From an uncultured Actinomycetota bacterium (GTDB lineage: Bacteria > Actinomycetota > Humimicrobiia > Humimicrobiales > Humimicrobiaceae), in NCBI GenBank assembly GCA_964563645.1, contig CAZLXJ010000024.1:72742-136741 (forward strand): a stretch of DNA of 64,000 nt, in the 5' to 3' direction. Each line of letters opens with the position of its first letter. The first letter of the stretch is position 1. The notes under the pieces were generated by a model. That model searched no databases and had not been told where the DNA came from. It was given only the letters and a program-made list of their open reading frames with translations. This document shows, one piece after another, positions 48,928 through 60,766 of the stretch. A program made the position numbers and the translations under genes.

Positions 48928-50810
48928 AAACTTATGCAAAAAAAGACAATGAGAAAATAAGTGGCTCCCCTTCAGGAGAAAGACTGATAAGATCCCTTGA
49001 AATATTGCCAGTAAAGACAGGTGTGTACCTGTTTAAGGATGAAAGGGGGAAAATAATATACGTAGGCAAAGCCAGAAATATTTACAGCAGGGTAAAAAGT
49101 TATTTTTCTGCCAGAAACAGGGATTTCCTTTATATGAAGCCGCCGGACTTTTCCCGGCAGATAAGGTCAGTTGATTACATAGTTACATCAAATGAGGTAG
49201 AAGCCCTGATACTTGAAGGAAACCTTATAAAGGAAAACAGGCCAAAGTATAATATTGAACTGAAGGATGATAAATCATATCCCTTTATAGCCATAACGGA
49301 TGAGAAATATCCACGGGTGTTTTTAACAAGGAACAGGAAAATCAAAAAAGCAAAGTATTACGGCCCCTACACTGACGTAGGAGCTGCAAAAAAAACTATT
49401 GAACACCTGCGAAGCATATTTAAGATCAGGGACTGCAGGGGGGTAAAGCCGGGTAAAAGTCCTAACCCGCCGTGTCTTAATTACCATATAGGACTCTGCA
49501 GCGGCCCGTGCATCGGTAATATATCAGAATCAGAATATAAAAAGAATGTAGAGGATATAAGAAATTTTTTAAAAGGAAAAAACCGTTCAATAGTAAATGA
49601 ATTAAAAAAGAGGATGGAAGAATGCTCCGGAAAACTGAAATTTGAAGAAGCAGAAGAGTTGAGAAAAAAAATTAATGGCATTGAAAAAATCGTTGAAGAG
49701 CAAAAGATCGTTTTTGACAGTGCTTATGCATTGGATTTTATTGCCGTAAAAAAAGAAAGAAGAATTGCGTCAATAAGCCTGTTTATGTACAGGTCCGGAA
49801 CACTGGCGCTTGTAAATAATTTTATTTTGGAAAACAGGGGGCTGTTAAAAGATAACCAGCTGATTCCATTGTTCATCAATCAGTATTATGAAAATATAAA
49901 CAGCATACCATCAAAAATATACACCTCCGTCAGCATAAAAGATTCAAATTTAATAGAGGAATGGTTCAGAGTTAAGAAGAGCAGGAAGGTAATTGTAAAA
50001 AAGCCCGTGAAAGGCGAGAAAAAGAAGATAATGGATATGGCAGTAAGGAACGCTGAACTATATCTTGAAAAAAAGAAATTTGAAAAATCCACGGGACACA
50101 GCCAGGGCTACAGGGATCTTATAAGACTAAAAGACAGGCTGGGATTACATAACATTCCACGGAGGATTGAATGTTATGACATATCAAACCTTGGAGAAAG
50201 TTTTCCCGTAGGTTCCATGACTGTAGCATGCGATGGAGAAATAGACCCCAGGCATTACCGGCACTTTAAAATAAGATCAATGTCCGGCCAGGACGATTGC
50301 GCCATGCTGGAGGAAATAGTGGGCAGAAGATTAAGATATCTTGGTGTTCCCGGGACAGGTATTATAGAAAGCTTTGACCAGAATCCTGATCTTTTGGTAA
50401 TAGACGGGGGGAAAGCCCAGTACAGTTCTGTAAAAAAAGTTATTGACAGGAATGGGTTGGGTAACATTGATATAATAAGTATAGCAAAAAAAGAGGAGAT
50501 GATATTCTGTGAAAGGTTCAGAAACGGGGTAAAGCTGGACCCCGGGAGCGAACTTATGAGAATAATAATCAGGCTGCGGGATGAGGCACACCGTTTTGCA
50601 ATAGGATATCACAGGAAATTACGGAATAGGTATATGACAAATTCTGTGCTTGACCAGATAAAAGGTATAGGGAGCAAAAAAAAGGGTTATATAATGGAAA
50701 ATGTTGAATCAGTTGAAGAGCTGAAAGAAAAAAGCATAGAGGACCTCATGAATATAAAGGGAATAAACTACAGGGATGCAGTCAATATATATGATAGTTT
50801 TCATAGATAA
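48924..50810 (+). CDS. uvrC: Excinuclease ABC subunit C
   Basis: GIY-YIG ([18 protein letters not shown]), a UVR domain ([11 protein letters not shown]), an endonuclease V-like domain, and a C-terminal HhH. ATGA overlap with uvrA. Confidence 0.95.
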   Translation: MKTYAKKDNEKISGSPSGERLIRSLEILPVKTGVYLFKDERGKIIYVGKARNIYSRVKSYFSARNRDFLYMKPPDFSRQIRSVDYIVTSNEVEALILEGNLIKENRPKYNIELKDDKSYPFIAITDEKYPRVFLTRNRKIKKAKYYGPYTDVGAAKKTIEHLRSIFKIRDCRGVKPGKSPNPPCLNYHIGLCSGPCIGNISESEYKKNVEDIRNFLKGKNRSIVNELKKRMEECSGKLKFEEAEELRKKINGIEKIVEEQKIVFDSAYALDFIAVKKERRIASISLFMYRSGTLALVNNFILENRGLLKDNQLIPLFINQYYENINSIPSKIYTSVSIKDSNLIEEWFRVKKSRKVIVKKPVKGEKKKIMDMAVRNAELYLEKKKFEKSTGHSQGYRDLIRLKDRLGLHNIPRRIECYDISNLGESFPVGSMTVACDGEIDPRHYRHFKIRSMSGQDDCAMLEEIVGRRLRYLGVPGTGIIESFDQNPDLLVIDGGKAQYSSVKKVIDRNGLGNIDIISIAKKEEMIFCERFRNGVKLDPGSELMRIIIRLRDEAHRFAIGYHRKLRNRYMTNSVLDQIKGIGSKKKGYIMENVESVEELKEKSIEDLMNIKGINYRDAVNIYDSFHR

Positions 50811-51064
50811 CGGCCAGAAAAAGTCAATACGGTCCGTAGAATAATTGGAAAATGTATTTTCTTATTTGCATAAAACCTTATACTTGATTTGTTTTTCGCA
50901 GTAACCCTTAATGGCATTTAAGTATTTTTCAAAGTGTTTGCTTCTAAAAGGATTGTTTTTTTTAAAGCAAAAAGATTAAAATATGTTATAGAATTTTTAT
51001 TATCATTATTTGTTATTAAAAAGTGTCTGAAAATAAAAGTAGTATTGTAAAAAGGTCCGGCAAA

Positions 51065-51937
51065 ATGGAACTTATGATAATAACAGGGCTATCCGGAGCA
51101 GGAAAATCCGAAGCACTTAAATATTTTGAGGATGCAGGATTTTACTGTATAGACAATCTTCCTGCACATCTTGTATTAGATTTGATGAATTTTTTTTCAT
51201 CCAGAGATTGTAGTGTAAATAAAATTGCCCTGGCAATAGATCTTAGAAGCGGTTATTTTTTCAATGAAATATTTATAATGCTGGATAAGCTAAAAGAAAG
51301 AAAAATACGATACAGGATACTTTTCCTTGAGGCGTCTTTGAACGCCATAACAAAAAGATATTCACTTACAAGGAGAAAGCACCCTCTGGTAGAATCAGGC
51401 TCGCTGGCTGCGGGCATAAAAGAAGAGATGGAAAAAATGGCCCAGCTGAAGAATATAGCAGATATAATAATAGATACAACGCTTCTCAATTCAAAGGAAC
51501 TTAAGCTTGAGATTGCTGAAAGAGTTATATCCGATGCTGAAAAGAGGAAGATACTGCAGATATCTGTGGTATCTTTCGGTTATAAATATGGCCTGCCGGA
51601 TAACATGGATATAGTTATGGATGTAAGATTCCTTCCAAATCCCTATTATTTGAAGGAGCTTGAAAATCTTGATGGAAAAAGTGATAAGGTAAAGGATTTT
51701 GTTCTGGGCAGGGTAGAAACAAAAAAATTTTTAAGTCTATTTAAGGAGATGCTTGATTTTCTTATACCAAATTATATTGCAGAAGGTAAAAGTTATCTTG
51801 GGATAGGCATAGGCTGCACCGGAGGCAGGCACCGTTCGGTTGTGATTGCAGAAAAAATTAATGAGCATCTTAACATAGGGGGGTATTCATCAAAACTCTT
51901 TCACAAGGATTTAGGTAAGAATATGTCAAATGATTGA
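51065..51937 (+). CDS. rapZ: RapZ/YvcJ-family P-loop nucleotide-binding protein
   Basis: LMIITGLSGAGKSEAL, FYCIDNLP, DVRFLPNPYY, IGCTGGRHRSV. The ORF track starts at GTG 51023. Confidence 0.85.
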   Translation: MELMIITGLSGAGKSEALKYFEDAGFYCIDNLPAHLVLDLMNFFSSRDCSVNKIALAIDLRSGYFFNEIFIMLDKLKERKIRYRILFLEASLNAITKRYSLTRRKHPLVESGSLAAGIKEEMEKMAQLKNIADIIIDTTLLNSKELKLEIAERVISDAEKRKILQISVVSFGYKYGLPDNMDIVMDVRFLPNPYYLKELENLDGKSDKVKDFVLGRVETKKFLSLFKEMLDFLIPNYIAEGKSYLGIGIGCTGGRHRSVVIAEKINEHLNIGGYSSKLFHKDLGKNMSND

Positions 51938-51988
51938 CCGGGTTTTTATACAGATTTAAAAAAAATAACTTTTATGTTTTATATAAAT

Positions 51989-52016
51989 TTGATAGAATGT
52001 TCCAATTTTGTAAAAT
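51989..52016 (+). promoter_or_regulatory. Sigma-70-like promoter upstream of gap
   Basis: TTGATA, a 16-nt spacer, then TAAAAT. It lies about 55 nt upstream of the gap ATG. Confidence 0.4.
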
Positions 52017-52040
52017 AATAAATAAATTTGGTTAATTTAA

Positions 52041-53084
<1,044 letters not shown>

Positions 53085-53099
53085 TATTTAATAATCGCT

Positions 53100-53141
53100 A
53101 AGACCGGACATAACTACTAATATAAAGGTCCGGTCTTTTTA
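53100..53141 (+). terminator. Intrinsic terminator/attenuating hairpin between gap and pgk
   Basis: AAGACCGGAC-18 nt loop-GTCCGGTCTT (10 bp) running into TTTTTATT. Confidence 0.55.
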
Positions 53142-53162
53142 TTAGCAGACATGGTGATAATA

Positions 53163-54353
53163 ATGTTTGACAGGAAAACTATAAGGGATATTGATATAAG
53201 GGGTAAAAAAGTAATAGTAAGGGTAGATTATAATGTACCGCTGGGTGAAGACCTTTCAGTAACCGATGATACCAGAATAAGGTTATCTATTCCCACAATA
53301 AAATATCTCATTGAGAATAATGCACGGATAATATTGATATCCCATCTGGGAAGGCCTAAAGGAAAGCCCGAAGACAGGTTCCGCCTGGACCCGGCGGCCT
53401 TAAAGCTGGAAGAGCTTACAGGGGTAAAGGTTAAAAAATTTGACAGTATCTATTCAGATGAAATAAAAGATTACATAGATAACAGGCTTCAGGAAGGGGG
53501 TATTGTCATGCTGGAAAACTTAAGATTTGATCCCGGTGAGAAGTCAAATGACAGGGAATTTTCAATGTCACTGGCATCCCTTGGAGATATTTATGTAAAC
53601 GATGCTTTTGGGGCCGCCCACAGGTCCCATGCCTCGGTTGTAGGGATACCTGAATTCCTTCCTGCAGTATCGGGCCTTTTACTGGAAAAAGAAGTTGAAA
53701 CTCTTACTTCGCTTCTTGAATCGCCAGAGAGGCCCTTTCTGGCTATTCTGGGGGGAAGCAAGGTATCGGATAAGATAAAAGTAATAAGAAATCTTTTAAG
53801 TAAGGTAGAGATGCTCATACTTGGCGGTGGTATGACCTATACATTTCTGAAATCAAAAGGTATGGAGATAGGAAAATCAATCTGCGAGGACGACCAGCTG
53901 GATTATGCTGAAGAAATGATCAGCCTTGCCCGGAAAAATAATGTGAGCCTGATCCTGCCTGTTGACATTATCGCTGCAAGGGAATTTGACAGGAATTCTA
54001 AAACCAGGGAAGTACCCGTAGATGGTATTCCTTCAGGATGGATGGGGCTCGATATAGGCAGCAGGACAGTGGATTTATTTAAAAAAAATATAGCTGAAGC
54101 AGGAACAATATTCTGGAATGGGCCCGTAGGCGTTTTTGAATGGGAAAAGTTTTCAAAAGGAACAAAGAATATCGCATTTGCTATAGCCGGTAGCAATGCC
54201 GTAACAGTTGCAGGTGGTGGCGATACAATCGCTGCCATAAAAAGATACGGCCTTGCAGAAAAATTTTCACATATATCCAGCGGAGGCGGAGCCTCCATGG
54301 AACTTCTTGAGGGCAGGATTTTACCGGGAGTTGAAGCTTTAATTAAAAAATAA
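53163..54353 (+). CDS. pgk: Phosphoglycerate kinase
   Basis: RVDYNVP, ISHLGRPKG, NDAFGAAHR, WNGPVGVFE, GGGDT. Confidence 0.95.
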   Translation: MFDRKTIRDIDIRGKKVIVRVDYNVPLGEDLSVTDDTRIRLSIPTIKYLIENNARIILISHLGRPKGKPEDRFRLDPAALKLEELTGVKVKKFDSIYSDEIKDYIDNRLQEGGIVMLENLRFDPGEKSNDREFSMSLASLGDIYVNDAFGAAHRSHASVVGIPEFLPAVSGLLLEKEVETLTSLLESPERPFLAILGGSKVSDKIKVIRNLLSKVEMLILGGGMTYTFLKSKGMEIGKSICEDDQLDYAEEMISLARKNNVSLILPVDIIAAREFDRNSKTREVPVDGIPSGWMGLDIGSRTVDLFKKNIAEAGTIFWNGPVGVFEWEKFSKGTKNIAFAIAGSNAVTVAGGGDTIAAIKRYGLAEKFSHISSGGGASMELLEGRILPGVEALIKK

Positions 54354-54379
54354 AAAGGTATCGAAAGGATTTTTTAAAT

Positions 54380-55135
54380 ATGAGACAAACATTTATTGCA
54401 GGAAACTGGAAAATGAACATGACACATCTGGAGGCTATGAAGTTCCTTGAAGAACTTGGGTATGGATTTGAAAACAAAAATGAATGTGAGATTGCAGTAT
54501 GTCCTCCATACACTGCACTTAGAAGTGCCATGACTGTAATAGAGGATGATAATCTTGAGATAAAACTGGGAGCCCAGAACATGTATTTTGAAAAAAGCGG
54601 AGCTTATACCGGGGAAATATCTCCTGACATGCTCAAAGCCCTGAATGTTGAATATGTAATACTGGGACACAGTGAAAGAAGGCAGCATTTTGCCGAAACG
54701 GATGAGATGATAAATAAAAAAGTAAAAGCTGTCTTTGATAATGGGTTTAAACCGATACTTTGCATAGGAGAACCCCTTGAAATAAGGGAGGATGGCAGGG
54801 AGAAAGAATTTGTGATTGGCCAGCTTACAGATTGTCTTGATGGTGTGGACAGGGAAGATATTGTAGATATTACAATTGCTTATGAACCCATATGGGCGAT
54901 TGGGACAGGAAAAACAGCAACCTCGGAAGACGCAAACAATATGTGTTCAGCTATCAGAAAAAAAATTGCAGAACTTTACAGCAATGATGCTGCCGATGCT
55001 GTCAGGATACAGTATGGAGGCAGCGTAAAACCTTCAAACATAAGTGAACTTATGGAAATGCCTGACATTGACGGGGCACTTGTAGGAGGAGCAAGCCTGA
55101 AGGCGGATGATTTTCTGGCAATTATAAATTATTGA
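54380..55135 (+). CDS. tpiA: Triosephosphate isomerase
   Basis: AGNWKMN, ILGHSERR, AYEPIWAIGTGKTA, YGGSV. Confidence 0.95.
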   Translation: MRQTFIAGNWKMNMTHLEAMKFLEELGYGFENKNECEIAVCPPYTALRSAMTVIEDDNLEIKLGAQNMYFEKSGAYTGEISPDMLKALNVEYVILGHSERRQHFAETDEMINKKVKAVFDNGFKPILCIGEPLEIREDGREKEFVIGQLTDCLDGVDREDIVDITIAYEPIWAIGTGKTATSEDANNMCSAIRKKIAELYSNDAADAVRIQYGGSVKPSNISELMEMPDIDGALVGGASLKADDFLAIINY

Positions 55136-55137
55136 AT

Positions 55138-56688
55138 ATGAAAAAAAATAGTAAAAACAAAAGGCCGGTCTGCCTTATAATACTTGATGGCTGGGGATTA
55201 TCTGACAACCAGGAAGGTAATGCTATTGCAATTGCAGATACCCCTAACGTGGATAAATATTTTAAAGTCTATCCCCATACCCGGCTGGATGCTTCAGGGG
55301 AAGCCGTGGGTCTCCCTGAAGGCCAGATGGGAAACTCTGAAGTCGGACATCTGAATATAGGAGCAGGCAGGATTGTATATCAGGAATTTACAAGAATAAA
55401 TAAATCGATAGAAAGCGGAGAGTTTTATGATAATCCTGTACTGGATAAGGCATTCTCAAGGGTAGATGGAAAAAATAAAAATCTTCACCTGATAGGCCTG
55501 GTGTCTGATGGAGGTGTCCACAGTCATATTGACCACCTCAAAGCCCTTGTTGATATGGCCAGAATTAAAAATATAAAAAACCTTTATATACATACATTTC
55601 TTGATGGAAGAGATGTACCGCCGCGGAGTGCGGTTGTTTATCTTGAGGAACTTGATAAATATCTCCGGGAAAAGTCAACAGGCAGAATTGCAACCATAAG
55701 CGGCAGATACTATGCGATGGATAGGGACAACAGATGGGACAGGACAAAAAAAGCATACGATGCACTTGTCTACAGAAAGGGTGAAAAATTTAAATCAGCA
55801 GTAGAACTTGTCAAAAATTCTTATAAGAACGGCATCAATGACGAATTTGTGATCCCTGGAGTTGTGGATACAGGCAATAATGACAATGCCGGGATCAGTA
55901 ATGGAGATTCTGTAATCTTTTTTAATTTCAGACCGGACAGGGCAAGGCAGCTCACCAGGGCTTTTATAATTTCTGAATTTAAAAATTTTGACCGCGGGGA
56001 AAATCCGCCGGATGTTTTTTTTACTTCCATGACCCTATATGATAAAAATTTTGACATACCTGTCGCATTTTCTCCCCAGAAAATAGTTAATACGCTTGGC
56101 GAGGTGCTTTCAGACAGCAGGATAAGACAGCTAAGGATTGCCGAAACTGAAAAATATGCCCATGTCACATTTTTTTTCAATGGAGGAATAGAAAAACCTT
56201 ATCCGGGAGAAGACAGGATTCTTATTCCCTCTCCTTCTGTACCCACTTATGATAAGAAGCCGGAGATGAGTGCATATGAAGTCACAGACAAACTTATCCA
56301 GAAGATTAGAGAAAACATATATGATTTCATTGTCTTAAACTATGCAAATCCTGATATGGTGGGCCATACGGGAGTTTTAGATGCAGCGGTTAAAGCTGTA
56401 GAAGCAGTTGATAGCTGTGCCGGCAGAGTTGTAGATGAAATAACCGGAAAAGGGGGAATTGCAATAGTAACCGCAGATCACGGAAATGCTGAAGAGATGA
56501 TATCCCCTGAAAACCATGAAATTGTTACAGCTCATTCAACATCACAGGTTCCGTTTATAATATGTAATAAAGAATATAATATAAGAGATGAAGAAAGAAA
56601 CTATAGATTAAGTGATATAGCTCCCGCAATATTAAAGATTTTAGATATAGATAAGCCGCCCCAGATGAAGGGTGCTTCTATTATCTGA
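55138..56688 (+). CDS. gpmI: 2,3-bisphosphoglycerate-independent phosphoglycerate mutase
   Basis: LIILDGWG, GNSEVGHLNIGAGR, SDGGVHSH, NYANPDMVGHTG, TADHGNAE. Confidence 0.92.
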   Translation: MKKNSKNKRPVCLIILDGWGLSDNQEGNAIAIADTPNVDKYFKVYPHTRLDASGEAVGLPEGQMGNSEVGHLNIGAGRIVYQEFTRINKSIESGEFYDNPVLDKAFSRVDGKNKNLHLIGLVSDGGVHSHIDHLKALVDMARIKNIKNLYIHTFLDGRDVPPRSAVVYLEELDKYLREKSTGRIATISGRYYAMDRDNRWDRTKKAYDALVYRKGEKFKSAVELVKNSYKNGINDEFVIPGVVDTGNNDNAGISNGDSVIFFNFRPDRARQLTRAFIISEFKNFDRGENPPDVFFTSMTLYDKNFDIPVAFSPQKIVNTLGEVLSDSRIRQLRIAETEKYAHVTFFFNGGIEKPYPGEDRILIPSPSVPTYDKKPEMSAYEVTDKLIQKIRENIYDFIVLNYANPDMVGHTGVLDAAVKAVEAVDSCAGRVVDEITGKGGIAIVTADHGNAEEMISPENHEIVTAHSTSQVPFIICNKEYNIRDEERNYRLSDIAPAILKILDIDKPPQMKGASII

Positions 56689-56799
56689 ATATTTTAAGAT
56701 TTTTATATTTAAAAATTAATTTTAAAACATATAATATTTTTGATAAAATAACCCTAATCAATATACTTTAATTTAAGGGGTTTTAAAGAAGGGCTAAAA

Positions 56800-57033
56800 A
56801 TGGGTTCAGTATTGTTGAATATTATTTTTGGGATTCATATTCTGGTAAGCATAGGTCTTGTACTCCTAATACTTCTGCATGCAGGACGAGGAGGAGGTAT
56901 TTCAGGACTTTTTACAGGTATGGCTGAAACTTTTGACGGCAGCGGAATAGTAGAAAAGAACCTTGACCGTATAACAATTATATGCGGCCTGGTTTTTACT
57001 GTCACCACTATTACACTATTTATTCTTTTATAA
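56800..57033 (+). CDS. secG: Preprotein translocase subunit SecG
   Basis: 77 aa, two TM segments, LLHAGRGGGISGLF motif. Confidence 0.8.
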   Translation: MGSVLLNIIFGIHILVSIGLVLLILLHAGRGGGISGLFTGMAETFDGSGIVEKNLDRITIICGLVFTVTTITLFILL

Positions 57034-57161
57034 TTTTTCATAAAATGGTTCCATTATTTATTTTTTAATATTTTATAGTATATAAGCAGGATTTTCCAGA
57101 AAGGAGGGAGAAGATAGGTCCTGCGGTTTAGAATCAATTAATTAAAGCTAAGGAGGCTTTG

Positions 57162-58763
57162 ATGAGTATTTCTAGAAAATTAACAGCAATAATTGCAGTC
57201 TGTGTTGTGATATCTATGATAGCCACATTATCATTCGGCTGCAAGAAAGAAGAAAAGGCAGGAGGGGAATTCAGGGCTTATATAAATGAACCTGTCTCAA
57301 TTGATCCGCCCAATTCATATGAAAGCGAGGGTATACAGGTGGTCAGGCAGGTTTTTGATGGCCTGGTAGAGTATGATCCGGAAACACTTGAAGTGGGGCC
57401 TGCCATAGCAGACACCTGGGATATTTCTGATGACGGTCTGGTATACACCTTTAATTTAAAAAAAGGCGTCAAGTTCCACAGCGGCAGGGAATGCACTGCT
57501 GATGATTTTGTCTATGCCTGGACAAGGGCAGTAGATGATGAGACTGCATCATATCTTGCATATCACCTTGAACCCATAATGGGTTATGAAGAGATGCAGG
57601 ATGGATCTTCGGACACCTTTGCAGGTGTAAAAGCTATTGATGACTATACTCTGGAAGTAACACTGAAATATCCATATGCAGATTTTGCTAAGACAGTTGG
57701 CCATGTAGTATTTTATCCTGTGGCAAAAGAAGATATTGAAGAATGGGGCGATCTTTATGCAGAACATGTAAACGGGACTGGCGCATTCAAATTTGTAGAA
57801 TGGAAACACGACCAGTACATAACACTGGAAAGATTTGATGATTACTACGGTGAGACTGCCAGTCTGGATAAAGTAAAGTATGTAATCTTTGCTGACCAGG
57901 ATACAGCATTTCTTGAATTTAAGGCAGGAAATCTTGAATATGCCAGCATTCCGCAGGGCAAGATCCAGTCGACACTTGATGATCCTAATCTAAAAGACAA
58001 TGCGATAATTGGTCCGCAACTGGCTATTTATTATTTTTCATTGAACTTTAATGCAGAACCTTTCAAGGGTAACCAAGCACTCAGGGAGGCAGTAAGCTAT
58101 GCAATCGACAGGCAGAATATTATTGACGTAGTAATGGAAGGGCTGCCCACACCTGCTACAGGGATTGTGCCGAAAGGAATACCCGGATATCAGGAGAATG
58201 CATCAAAATATACCTATGATGTAGAAATGGCAAAGCAGAAACTTGAAGAAGCAGGTTATCCCGGTGGAGAGGGCCTTGATCCTATAGTGTTTGGAATAAA
58301 TATCGGCTCCGGACATGAGATGGTAGCAGAAGCCATGCAGGCCGACCTGGCTGAGATCGGAATAGCGGTAGAAATAGAAGGTATGGAATGGGGCGCAGCC
58401 CTGGAAGCATTCCAGAAAGGCGAGATCGGGTTCCACAGGCTGGGATGGCTAGCTGATTATCCTACCATGGATAACTTCCTGTTTCCGCTGTTCTATTCAG
58501 GCTCTGCTGACAACTACTGCCAGTACAACAATCCGGAAGTTGATCAGCTGCTTATAGAAGCAAGAAGCACCGTGGATGAAGATGAAAGAATCGAGAAATA
58601 CAGAGAGGTCGAAAGAATAATCTGCGATGATGCAGCATTTGTCCTGATATATTTCTATTCTTCAGCAAGGGTCATACAGCCGTATGTAAAAGGTTTTGTT
58701 CTTGATGCTATGGGAAATTATGACCTTAGCAAAGTAGAGCTTGAACCGGCAGGTACGGAGTAG
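57162..58763 (+). CDS. ABC transporter substrate-binding lipoprotein, family 5 (peptide/nickel type)
   Basis: Signal peptide with lipobox LSFGC. Family-5 blocks: VFDGLVEYDP, FHSGRECTADDF, REAVSYAIDR. Confidence 0.85.
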   Translation: MSISRKLTAIIAVCVVISMIATLSFGCKKEEKAGGEFRAYINEPVSIDPPNSYESEGIQVVRQVFDGLVEYDPETLEVGPAIADTWDISDDGLVYTFNLKKGVKFHSGRECTADDFVYAWTRAVDDETASYLAYHLEPIMGYEEMQDGSSDTFAGVKAIDDYTLEVTLKYPYADFAKTVGHVVFYPVAKEDIEEWGDLYAEHVNGTGAFKFVEWKHDQYITLERFDDYYGETASLDKVKYVIFADQDTAFLEFKAGNLEYASIPQGKIQSTLDDPNLKDNAIIGPQLAIYYFSLNFNAEPFKGNQALREAVSYAIDRQNIIDVVMEGLPTPATGIVPKGIPGYQENASKYTYDVEMAKQKLEEAGYPGGEGLDPIVFGINIGSGHEMVAEAMQADLAEIGIAVEIEGMEWGAALEAFQKGEIGFHRLGWLADYPTMDNFLFPLFYSGSADNYCQYNNPEVDQLLIEARSTVDEDERIEKYREVERIICDDAAFVLIYFYSSARVIQPYVKGFVLDAMGNYDLSKVELEPAGTE

Positions 58764-58795
58764 TAATTTTTTATAAAAATAATATATTCTAAAAT

Positions 58796-58826
58796 ATACA
58801 GCCTGCACCAAAAATGCAGGCTGTAT
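58796..58826 (+). terminator. 12-bp perfect hairpin between the SBP and permease genes (partial terminator/mRNA stabiliser)
   Basis: ATACAGCCTGCA-ccaaaaa-TGCAGGCTGTAT. It has no strong U-run. Confidence 0.45.
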
Positions 58827-58861
58827 TAACAGTTAATTATTACTAAAAAAATAGTTTTATA

Positions 58862-59806
58862 ATGTTATTTTATATTTTAAGGCGGATATTGCAGGTCATT
58901 CCGGTTATTATCGGAGTCACTATGATATTATTTATTATTTTATACATCATCCCCGAAGATCCTGCCAGGCTTATCCTCCAGAAGGGTGCTACTGAACAGG
59001 CCCTGGCAAACCTCAGGGCAAAAATGGGAATAGACAAACCTGTATATGTCCAGTACTGGAGGTATATCACGCAGCTTGCCAGAGGGGATCTGGGTGATTC
59101 GTATAGATACAGGCGGTCGGTAAACAGTATTCTTGCTGATCATTACCCTAATTCAGTAAAGCTTGCGCTTGCTGCCATAAGTATTGAGATAGTCATAGGG
59201 ATTCTGGCAGGTATTATATCGGCTGTAAAAAAATATAGTTTTTGGGATATGCTTGTAACTATATCGACTACCCTTGCGGTCTGTGTGCCAGTCTTCTGGC
59301 TTGGCATGGTTATGCAGGTCGTATTCGGCCTTAAACTCGGTATTTTACCCATGTCTGGCATGGGGGACGGCAGTATACGGTATTATATCCTTCCCTCTAT
59401 CACACTTGCATCCGTTTCAACTGCTTATGTGGCAAGGATGATGAGAAGCAGTATGCTTGAGGTAATCTCCAATGATTACATTACTACTGCCTATGCAAAA
59501 GGCCTCTCTCCTAACAGGGTTATAGGAAAGCATGCTTTAAAGAATGCTATGATACCTGTTGTGACACTAATAGGGCTTGATCTGGGTGCACTGATGGGTG
59601 GTGCTATATTGACAGAGACTATATTCAGCTGGCCGGGAGTGGGAAGAGTAATATACCTGGCGATATTACAGAGGGATGCTCCTGTTGTGATAGGAGGAAC
59701 TCTTATACTGGTACTTATATTTGTTTTCATGAATCTTGTAGTAGATGTATTATATGCATGGCTTGATCCCAGGATAAGGTATCACAAAAAAGAGATTAAT
59801 GTTTGA
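58862..59806 (+). CDS. ABC transporter permease (DppB/OppB-like)
   Basis: Six TM segments with an EAA-loop region (TAYAKGLSPNRVIGKHALKNA). Confidence 0.9.
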   Translation: MLFYILRRILQVIPVIIGVTMILFIILYIIPEDPARLILQKGATEQALANLRAKMGIDKPVYVQYWRYITQLARGDLGDSYRYRRSVNSILADHYPNSVKLALAAISIEIVIGILAGIISAVKKYSFWDMLVTISTTLAVCVPVFWLGMVMQVVFGLKLGILPMSGMGDGSIRYYILPSITLASVSTAYVARMMRSSMLEVISNDYITTAYAKGLSPNRVIGKHALKNAMIPVVTLIGLDLGALMGGAILTETIFSWPGVGRVIYLAILQRDAPVVIGGTLILVLIFVFMNLVVDVLYAWLDPRIRYHKKEINV

Positions 59807-59829
59807 AAGCTAAGATTTAAAAGATAATT

Positions 59830-60756
59830 ATGTACCCTGAAGTAAAAGATGAGAAAAACCGGGACGGAGCTATACTGGATGATTTCGGTGCTGTGCAGAA
59901 GAGATATTCAAAGTCGTCATTGTATAAGGATGCCTGGAAAAGGTTGAAGAAGAATAAGCTGGCAATGCTTGGTCTGGGTATTGTTATTTTATTAATACTT
60001 ATTGCCATATTTGCTCCCATTATCTCAACCCATGATCCGATATCAAGAATAAAGGAAGATTCATCACTGCCTCCGGGCAAGGCGCATTTTTTTGGTACAG
60101 ATCTTTTAGGAAGGGATATATTCAGCAGGGTAATTTATGGAAGCAGGATTTCGATACAGGTTGGAATAGTAGCAGTAGGGATTTCAATTGTTATAGGACT
60201 ATTTTTTGGTGCTATTGCAGGTTATTTTGGCAGTCTTTCGGATACTATTATAATGCGTATTGCAGATATATTTTTCGCTTTTCCCTATATACTCGGAGCA
60301 ATTGCTATCATGACTGTCCTGGGGCAGGGAATTGTCAATATATTTATAGCTATAGGTATCCTGGGATGGGCTTCTTTTGCACGTATATTCCGCGGATCGA
60401 TATTATCTATAAAAAATAAGGAATATATAGAAGCTGCACGTGCAATGGGTGCCAGCCACCGGCGGATAATAACAAGGCATATCTTTCCCAATTCTATAGC
60501 ACCTATAATAGTATTTGGAACCATGAATGTGGGGACGGCTATTATAGTGGAAGCAGCTTTAAGTTTTCTGGGAATCGGTGTACAGCCGCCAACACCTGCA
60601 TGGGGCAAGATGCTTTCAGAGTCACTGAGCTATATTGATATAGCTCCGTGGATGATGTTATTCCCCGGATTTGCAATAGTTATTACAGTTCTTGGTTTTG
60701 TACTTCTGGGAGACGGGCTCAGAGATGCGTTTGACCCAAAGATGAAAAATAGATAA
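59830..60756 (+). CDS. ABC transporter permease (DppC/OppC-like)
   Basis: TM protein with EAARAMGASHRRIITRHIFPN. Confidence 0.9.
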   Translation: MYPEVKDEKNRDGAILDDFGAVQKRYSKSSLYKDAWKRLKKNKLAMLGLGIVILLILIAIFAPIISTHDPISRIKEDSSLPPGKAHFFGTDLLGRDIFSRVIYGSRISIQVGIVAVGISIVIGLFFGAIAGYFGSLSDTIIMRIADIFFAFPYILGAIAIMTVLGQGIVNIFIAIGILGWASFARIFRGSILSIKNKEYIEAARAMGASHRRIITRHIFPNSIAPIIVFGTMNVGTAIIVEAALSFLGIGVQPPTPAWGKMLSESLSYIDIAPWMMLFPGFAIVITVLGFVLLGDGLRDAFDPKMKNR

Positions 60757-60766
60757 TGCATTATTT

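Noticed and set aside
57090-57130. A second Shine-Dalgarno-like sequence (GAAAGGAGGGAG) about 50 nt upstream of the oppA-like gene, enclosed by CAGGA/TCCTG, as a possible upstream small ORF or riboregulator.
   Set aside because: No start codon follows it at a suitable distance. The stem is only 5 bp. It is most likely chance purine-rich sequence in the 5' UTR.
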